Origin: Candidatus Latescibacterota bacterium
Lineage (GTDB): Bacteria; Latescibacterota; UBA2968; UBA8231
Assembly: GCA_965200315.1 (NCBI GenBank)
Contig: OZ241362.1
Coordinates: forward strand, 2,496,001-2,560,000
Direction of reading: 5' to 3'
DNA length: 64,000 nt
The notes beneath the pieces are model-generated. The model was not told where the DNA came from, made no database searches, and was given only the letters and a program-made list of their open reading frames with translations. The translations under genes and the position numbers were made by a program. Shown here one piece after another: positions 27,435 through 36,890 of the stretch (positions are counted from its first letter, which is position 1; each line of letters opens with the position of its first letter).

Positions 27435-28194
27435 CGCGCAACGCCTTTCTACTGCCGAGTGCCTGCGCGGCGTGCGCATCGTCTTCGACCGCGAGCTAGA
27501 GGCCTACTTCGACTCGCCTATTGCCTATGCGTACGCCGCGGTCTTCTTGGTGCTTTCCTGCACTACCTTTATGAACTCCTTTTTTCTCGACGGGGTCGTC
27601 GATATGGGGCCGTATTTCACCGTGCTGCCCTTCCTGTTGATCCCCTTCGTCCCAGCTATTACCATGCGGGCTTGGGCCGAGGAACGCGCCCAACACACCT
27701 TCGAGCTGCTGATGACCCTGCCGCTGCACTCCTTGCAGGTCGTGCTGGGCAAGTATCTGGCGGCCCTCTGCTTCTACGCGATCGTCCTCGCCGGTAGCCT
27801 GCCCATCGTACTGATGCTCCTCTTCCTCGGCGACCCCGATCTCGGGCGTATATGCGCCAGCTATCTCGGCGCACTGTTGTTGGGTGCTTTCTTCCTATCC
27901 TTCGGCCTGTTTGCCTCTGGCCTGACCCGCGACCAGATCGTCGCCTTTGTACTCTCTGCGCTCTTCGGCTTCTTTTTCGTGCTCAGCGGGCACGAGAAAG
28001 TCGTAGAGGTCCTCGACGGACTAGTGCCGGCCTATCAGCCGGGCACTTGGCTGTACGAAACCATATCGGTCCTGCCCCACTACGAGGCTTTTGGCCGCGG
28101 CGTAATCGCCCTCGCCGACCTGCTGTACTTCGCGTTGATGAGCGGCTTTTTCGTCTCGATGAACTACCTCAGCCTCCAGAGATCCAAGTATTGA
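27427..28194 (+). CDS. ABC-2 permease (GldF-like)
   Basis: RELEAYFDSPIAY, PAITMRAWAEER...ELLMTLP, VLGKYLA and DQIVAF. Confidence 0.9.
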   Translation: MSDAQRLSTAECLRGVRIVFDRELEAYFDSPIAYAYAAVFLVLSCTTFMNSFFLDGVVDMGPYFTVLPFLLIPFVPAITMRAWAEERAQHTFELLMTLPLHSLQVVLGKYLAALCFYAIVLAGSLPIVLMLLFLGDPDLGRICASYLGALLLGAFFLSFGLFASGLTRDQIVAFVLSALFGFFFVLSGHEKVVEVLDGLVPAYQPGTWLYETISVLPHYEAFGRGVIALADLLYFALMSGFFVSMNYLSLQRSKY

Positions 28195-31100
28195 AGCGGC
28201 ACTTCTTGCTCCAAACTGCGCTGGCTTTCGCGCTGCTGTTGGGCATCGTCGCGTACGCCGGCCGCCTTCTGAACCTGACGGGGAGCTGGGCCCTAGACTT
28301 AGCGGGCGACGACATCGCCACGCTCGCGCCAGCGACCGAGCGCTACCTCCGCTCCTTAGAAACCCCGCTCTCCATCACCTACTTTGCCACCGCCCGCGAA
28401 AACATGCCGGCGCATCTCAAAGACCTCGAGCCCCAAGTTCGCCGACTGCTGTCGGCTATGCGCGATCGTGCGCCCGGCCGCATCGACTATCGGGTCATCG
28501 ACCCAGACCAGAGCGGGCGCACGGGCATTGGCTATGCGGCTAGCAAGAAGGCCTCCTCCTTTAGCGTGCGGCGGGTGTTGCACGACGAGCATTCCGAGCA
28601 AAAAATCTGGTCCTCGCTGGTAATCGCACGCGCCGATGCGCCTGCAGTGTTCGTCCAAAGCATAGAGCCGGAACACCTGCCTTATCTAGAAGAGTACGTC
28701 ATCGCCCAACTACAGGCCGGGCGCGAGCCGCCGCAACCGATCTTTGGCGTCTCGGCACCGCCGCCCTTCCAGCTTTTGGCGGCCTTTCTCAACGAGGCCG
28801 GGCCTGTCGTCGAGCTAGACCTCAACAGCAATCCTACCATCCCCCCGGAAATCGACGTGCTGTTCTGGGTACAGCCCGAAGTCGCCACGCCCGAGCACAC
28901 CCGGCAGTTGCTGGCCTTCTTAGAATCCGGCCGCAGTGCAGTGCTTGCCGGCAGTACCTACCAGATCGGCTACTCCCCACAGGAGGACGCGATCTCCTAT
29001 TGGGTCCACCACGCGCCGCCTGCTTGGGGGCAACTGCTCCAGCCCTTGGGCATCCGACCAGTGCCGGATCTGCTCGTCGATAAAAACACCGGGCCGGTCA
29101 CCCTCGACTCAGGCGAAGTCGTCGCGCCCTTTCACCTCCGGGTGCTGCCCGCTTTTTACAACATGAAGAGCTTTGCCGCACCCGGTCGCGGCGGGCTTAA
29201 CTTCGTGGCCGCTAGTGCGCTCGAAGTCGATCCGCAGGCCGTACAAGCCAAGGGCTTCCACGCGGAAATCGTCGGCACCACCACCGAAAGCCCCCGCGTC
29301 CTGCCCCTGCCCGCCGGCCCCTTCACCGACGCCGACTTAACCGGCGGCTTGCCCGTGCCCAAACAAAACTTGCTGGTCCTGCTCAAGCCGGACGATCCTT
29401 GGCAGGGGCAGCTATTCGTCTTGGCCAGCGCGTCACCCTTTCAAGACGGCATCATCAACCAACCCGGCTATGCCCACCGCGTCTTCCTGCAAAACCTCAT
29501 CCGCACCTACGGCCAACCGGAGCGCGTATTGCGGGGGCGCGTGGAAAAGGGCGGGCCTCAACGGCTCGTTCCGCCCGACGCACTCGCCCGTTTCTTTTGG
29601 CGATTTTCTGCGGTCTTTTTGGTGCCGCTGGTGTTTGTGGGCTTCGGCGTTAGGCATTATCTGCGCTACGGCCGCCCGAGCTGGGCGGCCGGCCGTTGGG
29701 GCCGGCCGCTCGGCCTCGCCTGCTTGGTACTTCTCGTTGGTGCGCTCGTCTGGCGCAGCCGCGGCCCCTATCTCGACCTGACAGCCGACCAGATCAACAC
29801 GCCCTCGCCGCTTTTGGGTCGCTTGTTGCAGGGCACGTCCCTATCCGCCGAGTTGATCGCCACGCATCGGGCCTCCATGCCCCGAAAGCTCAAAGACGCC
29901 GAAGACCACATCCGCACCTTGCTCGCCGACTGCAACATTCCCCTGCGCGTGATCCGGCCCGACGCGCTGGCCCCGGACCAACAGCAGGCACTCACCGCCG
30001 AGGGGCTGGCACCCTTCCCGGCCGAAAGGGTCCTCAACGACACCCTCGCCACCCAATATCTATGGAGCGGCTTGCGTCTGCTCGGCAACGCGCACAACCT
30101 CGCCGTGCCGCGCCTCGACCAGCACACCCTGCCCCATCTCGAGTTCCTTTTAGCCGCAGCCGCCCACAGCCTGCAACAGGGGCGCAAAATGCGCGTGGCC
30201 GTCATCTCCGACCTGCCGCGCCTCTCGCCGGCCGAAGCCCTCGAAGACTATCAGAAGAAGGGCCTCATCGCCCCGGGCGGCACCGACGTGTACAGCGGCT
30301 TAAAAGCCCTGCTCGCCGACTATCTCTACGACGTCCACTACATCAACCCCCGCACGCCGAGCATGCCCGCAGACGTAGATGTGTTGGTGTGGATGCAGCC
30401 GCGCCGCGACTCAGGCCCGATCCTGCTGCTGCTGAGCCAGCATCTCTCACGGGGCGGCAAGGCCATAGTCGCCATGCAGCACTTCAACATCCAGCAGCGC
30501 CAGTACCGAGGCTCGGGGTTTCAGACCGTGTACTGGCCCCAGCCCCAATTCCAAGACTTCGACCGCTACCTCCAGCTCTTTGGAGTCGAACAGCTCCGCG
30601 AAGTGCTCTTCGACCGCACCCAGTCGCACCTCGACTTAGAAACCCAAGTCAACCGCACAGCCGTGCGCGAGTACGACCCGCAAAAGGTCGCCTTGCCTTT
30701 CCTGATCCGCGCCGTCGGCCAGCACTACGATCTCACTTCGCCGATTACCCGACACCTCGGCGACCTGCTCTTTATCTGGGGAAATCGCTTTGCCCTGCAC
30801 CCGGCAGAGCTAAGTAGTGCGGGAATAACGGCCCAAATCCTGCTCTCCACTTCGCCTCAAGCCTGGGCGTACCCGTGGCAGGGCGGTTGGCTGCCACCCG
30901 AGGTCTTCGCCCCGCAGACCTACCTGCCCGGCCCCCAACCCCTAGTCGCGTTGCTTACCGGGCCTTTTCCCGAGGTCGCTTTTGCCGAAGACGAGGAGGG
31001 CCGCGCCGTGCTCCAGCGCGTGGGCGAGACCCCGCGGCAAGCAGGTGCCCTACTCCTAATCGGCTCTTCGGAAATGTTCAAAAACGAGCACCTGTTGGCC

Positions 31101-31313
31101 CCGGGCTTTCAGCACGATCAATTCTTGCTCAACGCCGTGGCGTACAACGCTTATGGCGAAGAGCTAGCCGCCTTACAGGCTCGGCGGCCAACTCCGCGCG
31201 GCTTTCCCTTCCAGAGCACCGAGGCCAAACGCCTGTGGCGCGTGTTCGTGGTGGGCGCAGGGCCGCTGCTGTTTTTGGGCTATGCCCTCTATCGCCGCAC
31301 GAGGCGAACATGA
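28191..31313 (+). CDS. GldG-like ABC auxiliary protein with two tandem GldG modules
   Basis: TTG start overlaps the permease stop. Two repeats of TM-DL...-WS.L-...P..VDVL.W.QP-...PF..R-...FL.N-TM. Confidence 0.78.
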   Translation: MKRHFLLQTALAFALLLGIVAYAGRLLNLTGSWALDLAGDDIATLAPATERYLRSLETPLSITYFATARENMPAHLKDLEPQVRRLLSAMRDRAPGRIDYRVIDPDQSGRTGIGYAASKKASSFSVRRVLHDEHSEQKIWSSLVIARADAPAVFVQSIEPEHLPYLEEYVIAQLQAGREPPQPIFGVSAPPPFQLLAAFLNEAGPVVELDLNSNPTIPPEIDVLFWVQPEVATPEHTRQLLAFLESGRSAVLAGSTYQIGYSPQEDAISYWVHHAPPAWGQLLQPLGIRPVPDLLVDKNTGPVTLDSGEVVAPFHLRVLPAFYNMKSFAAPGRGGLNFVAASALEVDPQAVQAKGFHAEIVGTTTESPRVLPLPAGPFTDADLTGGLPVPKQNLLVLLKPDDPWQGQLFVLASASPFQDGIINQPGYAHRVFLQNLIRTYGQPERVLRGRVEKGGPQRLVPPDALARFFWRFSAVFLVPLVFVGFGVRHYLRYGRPSWAAGRWGRPLGLACLVLLVGALVWRSRGPYLDLTADQINTPSPLLGRLLQGTSLSAELIATHRASMPRKLKDAEDHIRTLLADCNIPLRVIRPDALAPDQQQALTAEGLAPFPAERVLNDTLATQYLWSGLRLLGNAHNLAVPRLDQHTLPHLEFLLAAAAHSLQQGRKMRVAVISDLPRLSPAEALEDYQKKGLIAPGGTDVYSGLKALLADYLYDVHYINPRTPSMPADVDVLVWMQPRRDSGPILLLLSQHLSRGGKAIVAMQHFNIQQRQYRGSGFQTVYWPQPQFQDFDRYLQLFGVEQLREVLFDRTQSHLDLETQVNRTAVREYDPQKVALPFLIRAVGQHYDLTSPITRHLGDLLFIWGNRFALHPAELSSAGITAQILLSTSPQAWAYPWQGGWLPPEVFAPQTYLPGPQPLVALLTGPFPEVAFAEDEEGRAVLQRVGETPRQAGALLLIGSSEMFKNEHLLAPGFQHDQFLLNAVAYNAYGEELAALQARRPTPRGFPFQSTEAKRLWRVFVVGAGPLLFLGYALYRRTRRT

Positions 31314-32317
31314 TTCGCTTGCTCTGCGCGTTGGGGGCCTTGCTGGTCCTGCTCGTCCTCGGGGAGAGCACACTGCGCGAGCATCAGCGCGCTGGGCGTC
31401 GCACCACCGGGGCTTTGCGCCTCTTGACGCCCACGCCGACCTCAGCAGTCGATCAGATTGAGGTCCACGCCGCCGGACGCCGCTGGCACTACGTCCGGCG
31501 CGGGAACGCCTGGTATTTCCCCGCGTATCACCGCGCCTTTGCCCTCAACCGCCGCGTCGAGCACCTGCTCCAGAGCCTGCTCGCTACTCCGGCGACCTTT
31601 GTCTCGGCCGAGCCTGGGGACTTGGCCCGCTATGGCCTCGGTCCGGGTAGCGTCCGCATCCACCTGCTCGACCCACAGGGGCGTCCCTTGCTAGAAGTGC
31701 GCCAAGGGCGCGGTGCCCCCGGGGCCCGCGCCGGGGAATCGTATGTCCAGCGCGTTGGTGCCGACAGCATCTTCCGCCTCCACGCCCACCCGGCCCACGC
31801 CCTCGACACCGCGCCACCCGCTCCTATGCTCGACCGCCGCGTCTTGCCTCAAGCCTTGCAGCGCAAGGGCCTCCAGCGCATCGCCTTTGCCGGCGACCCT
31901 TCCTATCCGGTGCAATCCCTCAGCCGCCAGCTAAAAGCCATGAAGGCACCGGGCCCTATGATGCCGACCTACGAGTGGGTCGCCCTCTCTGCGACTGGTG
32001 AGGAGACCTGCCTCTCCGCGAATGTAGAAGCCTACGCCGACTTCCTCAAACGCCTGACGTGGTCGGCGTTGCACGATCCGGGCCGCACCGATGCCTTTGC
32101 CCGAGCCAGCTACCTCTACCTTGAAGACGAAGAAGGGACAATAGACACCCTCGCCATTGGCGCAGCCGACGACCGAGGCCGCTACCTCCGCCTTCACACC
32201 ACTGGCCACGTCTTCTCCATAACGCCTGAAAAAGCCCCACTCCTCTTCCCCACTCGCTCCGCCCTGCTCGACACGCTCTCCCAACCCTCGCCCTACCACC
32301 AAGTCGAGCCGTTCTAG
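31310..32317 (+). CDS. DUF4340-like protein
   Basis: N-terminal TM and DLARYGL...GESYVQR; usual fourth gene of GldAFG-like clusters. ATGA overlap. Confidence 0.7.
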   Translation: MIRLLCALGALLVLLVLGESTLREHQRAGRRTTGALRLLTPTPTSAVDQIEVHAAGRRWHYVRRGNAWYFPAYHRAFALNRRVEHLLQSLLATPATFVSAEPGDLARYGLGPGSVRIHLLDPQGRPLLEVRQGRGAPGARAGESYVQRVGADSIFRLHAHPAHALDTAPPAPMLDRRVLPQALQRKGLQRIAFAGDPSYPVQSLSRQLKAMKAPGPMMPTYEWVALSATGEETCLSANVEAYADFLKRLTWSALHDPGRTDAFARASYLYLEDEEGTIDTLAIGAADDRGRYLRLHTTGHVFSITPEKAPLLFPTRSALLDTLSQPSPYHQVEPF

Positions 32318-32329
32318 GCTCACTTAGCC

Positions 32330-32764
32330 ATGCTCTATTGCAACCTGCTGCGCCACCAGTGGAAAGAGTTCATCCGCAACCCCTCTTGGAGTGGCATAAG
32401 CGTCGCCTACGCCATTTTTCTAATTCTGCTAGCCCTGTACTTCCTGCTCGTCCTCGCCCTTTCGGGTGCCATGCTCGGTCGTCTGCTAACTAGCCAAGAG
32501 CCCGCAGCCGATGTCGTCCTCGTAGTCAATCGGCACTTATTGAGCGGTTTCTTGCTCTTATTCCTAGCCCGCTTGCTCTTCCAAAACACGCCGCAGATAG
32601 CAATGGGTCCCTATCTTCACTTACCCATTTCCCGGCCCGCTCTAACGCGATTTTTCTCTTTCGCGGCCCTGTTCCACCTGCAAACCTACTGCCGCTGGCT
32701 TTCTTCATTCCGTTCTGGATCAGCAATCTACAAGTCCAAAATTTGCAAAAGCGCTACGGCCTAA
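32330..32764 (+). pseudogene. DUF5687-like ABC permease, truncated
   Basis: LLRHQWKEFIRNP...PYLHLPISR N-terminus. The frame breaks near 32680-32730 and runs into the ATPase sequence. Confidence 0.6.
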
Positions 32765-33429
32765 CCACGGTCCTCAACCTGCCCACACTCGATATCGACA
32801 GCGGTGCTAGCTTCGGCTTGGTGGGCAACAACGGTGCTGGCAAAACCACCTTTTTGCGCCTCGTCCTCGATCTGATCCGCCCAAACGAGGGCCAAGTACT
32901 GATCAACGGGCAAAACGTGTCCCAAGACGCCGCTTGGAAGAGCTGCACGGGATCTTACCTAGGCCCTAGCTTCCTGATCGACTATCTGACGCCCGTGGAA
33001 TACATCCACTTCGTCGGCAGCCTGTACGGGATGAACCCGGTCCAGATAGAGGAAAAATGGGGCCACTACCGCCCCTTTTTCGGCGATCAACCACTCGACG
33101 GGAGCGAGTATATCCGCAATTTATCCGCGGGCTCACAAAAAAAGATGGGGCTTGTCGCAGCCTTGATGGTCGAGCCGCGGCTACTGGTACTAGACGAGCC
33201 TTTCGCCAATCTCGATCCGACGAGCCAAATCCGCCTCAAAGACATGCTGAAAACCCTCGACCAAACCGCCGATACTACGCTCATTATCTCCAGCCACGAT
33301 CTCAACCACATCACTGAGGTCTGCCGCCGGATCGCCGTCATTGAGCGCGGCATCATCGTGCGCGATATCCGCACGGCCCCGGATACGCTGCGGGAATTGG
33401 AGTGCTACTTTGCCGTCGAGGAAACGTAA
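32743..33429 (+). CDS. ABC transporter ATP-binding protein (native start possibly deleted)
   Basis: GNNGAGKTT, LSAGSQKK, LDEPFANLDPTSQ and SSHDLNH. In-frame LQVQNL precedes the TTG with no ATG. Confidence 0.85.
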   Translation: MQKRYGLTTVLNLPTLDIDSGASFGLVGNNGAGKTTFLRLVLDLIRPNEGQVLINGQNVSQDAAWKSCTGSYLGPSFLIDYLTPVEYIHFVGSLYGMNPVQIEEKWGHYRPFFGDQPLDGSEYIRNLSAGSQKKMGLVAALMVEPRLLVLDEPFANLDPTSQIRLKDMLKTLDQTADTTLIISSHDLNHITEVCRRIAVIERGIIVRDIRTAPDTLRELECYFAVEET

Positions 33430-33459
33430 AGGTTTAGTCGCGCTGCTCCACCTATAACA

Positions 33460-33492
33460 CCAAATGGGACCTCGATTTGAGGTCCCATTTGG
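33460..33492. terminator. Hairpin between convergent genes
   Basis: CCAAATGGGACCTC-GATTT-GAGGTCCCATTTGG. Confidence 0.75.
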
Positions 33493-33514
33493 TTAACGCG
33501 CTGTGCAGCGGCTG

Positions 33515-36500
33515 CTACCTGAGCAGCAGCATCTTCTTGACCTTGAGAAATTCTCCGCCCACCTGCAAGCGGTACAAATACATCCCCGAAGACAAGCTGT
33601 GGCCGCTGTCATCGGTTGCGTCCCACTCCACTGCGTAGCGACCCGCGCTCTGATGCTCGGCCACCAGCGTCCGCACCGGCTGACCCATTATGTTATAGAC
33701 AGTCAACTCCACGTCTGCCGCCTGCGGCAACGCATACTGGATCGTCGTCGTCGGATTGAACGGGTTCGGGAAGTTGTCCGCCAACGCGAATGCAGTCGGC
33801 CGCGGTTGAATTGCCGCCTTCGCCGCTCTTGGGTCGCTTATCGCGATCTCTACCGAGTCCCCCTCCAGCCCGTCAATCGTACCGATCAGCCTAATGATCT
33901 CGTCGCCTTCCTCCAAGTTGTCGGCTCTTGGATCAACGTGAAAGTTCACCCTCCCTGTTATCGAGCCGGCCATAATCTCAATTTTAGGAGTAAATAACGC
34001 GGCGTAGTCCAAATCGCGCGTGGCGGTGGAAGCGTTATCTATAGACAAACGCACGGTCGCGGCCTCTGCCAACGCCTTGCCGTCCAACGTGGCGGTCACC
34101 GCAATAGTGGTCAAATCGTCATTTTCACTCAACGTGCTCGGGTCCGCCGACAGCGCGATGGACGTACTCGGCGTTTCGTCGTCTCGGATCGCGATGTTGG
34201 TCACTATAGTCTGCCCGGTCGATACGAGCGTGGCCTGCACCCCTATCGCCTCCAAGCCCTCTTCATTATTGTCGTTGATCGGCGTGAGGACCAGCACCGC
34301 CGTCCCCTCGGTAGCGCCGGCCGGAATGGTGATAAGCACTTCGAGATTTACTGTGTAGTCCACATCGCGCGTCGCCTCCGTCCCCTCACTTGGGGCCACA
34401 ATAGCGAGCTGCACGCTCTCGTCTGCCGCCGCGGCGGCCTCCAAGGTAAACGTCAGCGAGACTTCCATCTCCGCAGCGTCCTCGCGGATCATCGCAGGTG
34501 CTGCCATCAGCCCAGCGGCCACAACCATAGGAACCTCCGCAGCGGGATTGACTTCAATGGTGAAGACCAGCGCTGCGCTTTCGCCCGAATCAATGTCGAC
34601 CGCCGTGTACGTAACTTCGACCGCACCGGCGGTGGCTTGCGTAGGCGTACCCGAAAGCGTCCGCGTGGCCGAATTAAACCACAAACCCGCTGGCAGAGCC
34701 GAGACGCTATACGCCGGGTGACAGTCCCTATCCGTAACTTCCGGCAGCACCAAATCGACAATCGCCGTGCCCACAGTGTAGGCCCGGGCGGCAATCGCAG
34801 CGCCCGCAGCAAAGGACAGCACTATCCCTTCCTCAGCTCTTACAGTAATAGCAAAGGACAGCACTGCCGCTTCGCCATCTCTATCGGTCGCCGTGTACGT
34901 AATTTCGACCGCACCGGCGGTGGCTTGCGCAGGCGTACCCGAAAGCGTCCGCGTGGCCGCGTCAAATGACAAGCCCGCTGGCAGAGCCGAGACCTGGTAC
35001 GTCAGATCGCCATCGCCGGTAGCCTCCGGCAGCACCAAACTGGTAATCGCCGTGCCCACAGTGTAGGCCCGGGCGGCAATCGCAGCACCCGCAGCAAAGG
35101 AAGGCACAGTGCCCTCGCTGCCGTCTCGCAGCGTTACATCTACCGTGCCGACCGTCAAATTGACCGCTTCGCCATCGGCATATTGGGCGGAGACTTGCCG
35201 GTTGGCATACGGCACCGTCAGCCTAATTTTCTCTTCGCCTTCCTCAGCCCCGTCGTCAATCGGGATGATGGTGATCGTCGTCGTCCCCGACACCGCGCCG
35301 GCCGGAATCGTCAGAGGACGCAGGACGGCCGTGTAGTCTACATCGCGCGTCGCCTCGGCCACATCGACGACCTCGTTATCCGCGTTTGTATTTTTGGGAT
35401 CGGGGTCAATGATCAGCAGCACGATCACGTCTTGGTCAAACACCCTCCCGTCCAATGTGCCGGTCACCGCAACATCGGTCCTACCAGCCCCCTCGCTTAG
35501 CCTAGTCGGAGTCGCCGTCAGCGAGATGCTCGTGCTGTTCGCGTCGTCGTCGGCGATGGCTATCGTTTTAATCGCCGATACGTCGCCGACTGCGATCTGT
35601 ATGTATATCAAACCGCGCGCAACCTCTGCGCTGTCGTTGTAGGGAGTAATGGTGAAGGTCGTCGTTCCCTCAGCCGCACCGGCTGGGATGATAAACGGCG
35701 CAAAAGACAGCGTGTAATGCACATCGCGCGTCGGCGCGCTCGTCACCGCACCCCCCGACGGCAACCTCTCACCTACTGACAACACACGCAGCCGCACCGT
35801 CTCGTCCTTAGCCAAGGCATTTGTCAATGAGACTTTCAACTCGATGGTCGTCTCACCGGCGTCCTCGCGCACACTCTCTTGACTAAGCGTAATGGCATCG
35901 GCCGTGGCAGCGACCCCTTTCGTCATTTTGAGATCCAACGGGCGAATCGTTAGCCCATTTGCAATCTGTATCCCCTCATTATTCGCATCACTATCGGGCG
36001 TAGCCACCCGAATCGTGCCCGGCAGCCGGTTTCTAGGAGTGATGATAATCGTCGCCGTCCCCGACACTTTATTGCGCGGAATCGTCAGCGGCGCCAGCGT
36101 CACCGTGTAGTCCAAATCGCGCTGCGCCTCGCGATTGTCCTTGGTCGCATCCGCATCGTCGATAGTGCCGTCGCCATTGGTATCGGCGTTGGGATTGGCC
36201 CCCAAGTCGGGATGATCGCCAATGGTCAAGACGAAACTTGTCGCCTGTCTTAGTACCTTGCCATTTAGGGTCGCCGTCACGGCGATCTCGGTCGCACCAT
36301 CGAACCTATTTAGCTCGACAATATCGGCCGACAGAGCGATGTTTTGGCTGTCCTTGTCGTCGTCAATAAGCGTGATCGTCGCCGACTCGACCGTCTTAAT
36401 GCCAGCATTGCCGCGGATCTCGACAGGAAGATCTGTGTCAACGACATCATTGTTAATCGGGGTGAGGGTGATCGTAGCCGTGGCACTTTTCTCGCCAGCC

Positions 36501-36781
36501 GGAATCCTGAGCAGGGTCAGCCTTATGTAGAAGCGACTATTAAGCCCCTCATGGGAGACACTCAAGAGCACATACGTATCCGTATCCGCCGCTGTGTCAT
36601 CCGTAGTTTGGGCTGTTACAGCGATATCGGTCGCGCCGGCATCCTCGCGTACGCTCTCGGGATTTACCGACAGTTTTAAGTCCTGCGCCGCAGCCTCCCC
36701 AGCCCACCCCAACACCAAACCAACAGCCAGCAGCCAAGGCACACAGGCCAGACGTTGCATAAACAACTTTGTATATAACAT
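33515..36781 (-). CDS. Large secreted protein: Calx-beta/Ig-like repeats, two putative Ig (He_PIG) domains, C-terminal FlgD-Ig/T9SS-type sorting domain
   Basis: Signal peptide ending EAAAQ; repeated ATRDVDY...TIPAG...TITP.DD; LPAGLSFDAATRTLSGTP; C-terminal FALADNFPNPFNP...SSGMYLYRL...KKMLLLR. Confidence 0.85.
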   Translation of the reverse strand: MLYTKLFMQRLACVPWLLAVGLVLGWAGEAAAQDLKLSVNPESVREDAGATDIAVTAQTTDDTAADTDTYVLLSVSHEGLNSRFYIRLTLLRIPAGEKSATATITLTPINNDVVDTDLPVEIRGNAGIKTVESATITLIDDDKDSQNIALSADIVELNRFDGATEIAVTATLNGKVLRQATSFVLTIGDHPDLGANPNADTNGDGTIDDADATKDNREAQRDLDYTVTLAPLTIPRNKVSGTATIIITPRNRLPGTIRVATPDSDANNEGIQIANGLTIRPLDLKMTKGVAATADAITLSQESVREDAGETTIELKVSLTNALAKDETVRLRVLSVGERLPSGGAVTSAPTRDVHYTLSFAPFIIPAGAAEGTTTFTITPYNDSAEVARGLIYIQIAVGDVSAIKTIAIADDDANSTSISLTATPTRLSEGAGRTDVAVTGTLDGRVFDQDVIVLLIIDPDPKNTNADNEVVDVAEATRDVDYTAVLRPLTIPAGAVSGTTTITIIPIDDGAEEGEEKIRLTVPYANRQVSAQYADGEAVNLTVGTVDVTLRDGSEGTVPSFAAGAAIAARAYTVGTAITSLVLPEATGDGDLTYQVSALPAGLSFDAATRTLSGTPAQATAGAVEITYTATDRDGEAAVLSFAITVRAEEGIVLSFAAGAAIAARAYTVGTAIVDLVLPEVTDRDCHPAYSVSALPAGLWFNSATRTLSGTPTQATAGAVEVTYTAVDIDSGESAALVFTIEVNPAAEVPMVVAAGLMAAPAMIREDAAEMEVSLTFTLEAAAAADESVQLAIVAPSEGTEATRDVDYTVNLEVLITIPAGATEGTAVLVLTPINDNNEEGLEAIGVQATLVSTGQTIVTNIAIRDDETPSTSIALSADPSTLSENDDLTTIAVTATLDGKALAEAATVRLSIDNASTATRDLDYAALFTPKIEIMAGSITGRVNFHVDPRADNLEEGDEIIRLIGTIDGLEGDSVEIAISDPRAAKAAIQPRPTAFALADNFPNPFNPTTTIQYALPQAADVELTVYNIMGQPVRTLVAEHQSAGRYAVEWDATDDSGHSLSSGMYLYRLQVGGEFLKVKKMLLLR

Positions 36782-36830
36782 TACTTGATCTCCCTGAGAA
36801 GAGTGGTTGACTATTGGTCTGTAATATAAA

Positions 36831-36866
36831 AAATGGGGTCTCAAACCGCAGTTTGAGACCCCATTT
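36831..36866 (-). terminator. Intrinsic terminator after second large secreted gene
   Basis: AAATGGGGTCTCAAAC-CGCA-GTTTGAGACCCCATTT, with a T-run on the minus strand. Confidence 0.8.
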
Positions 36867-36890
36867 CGTTAACGGGCTATGTAGTGATTG

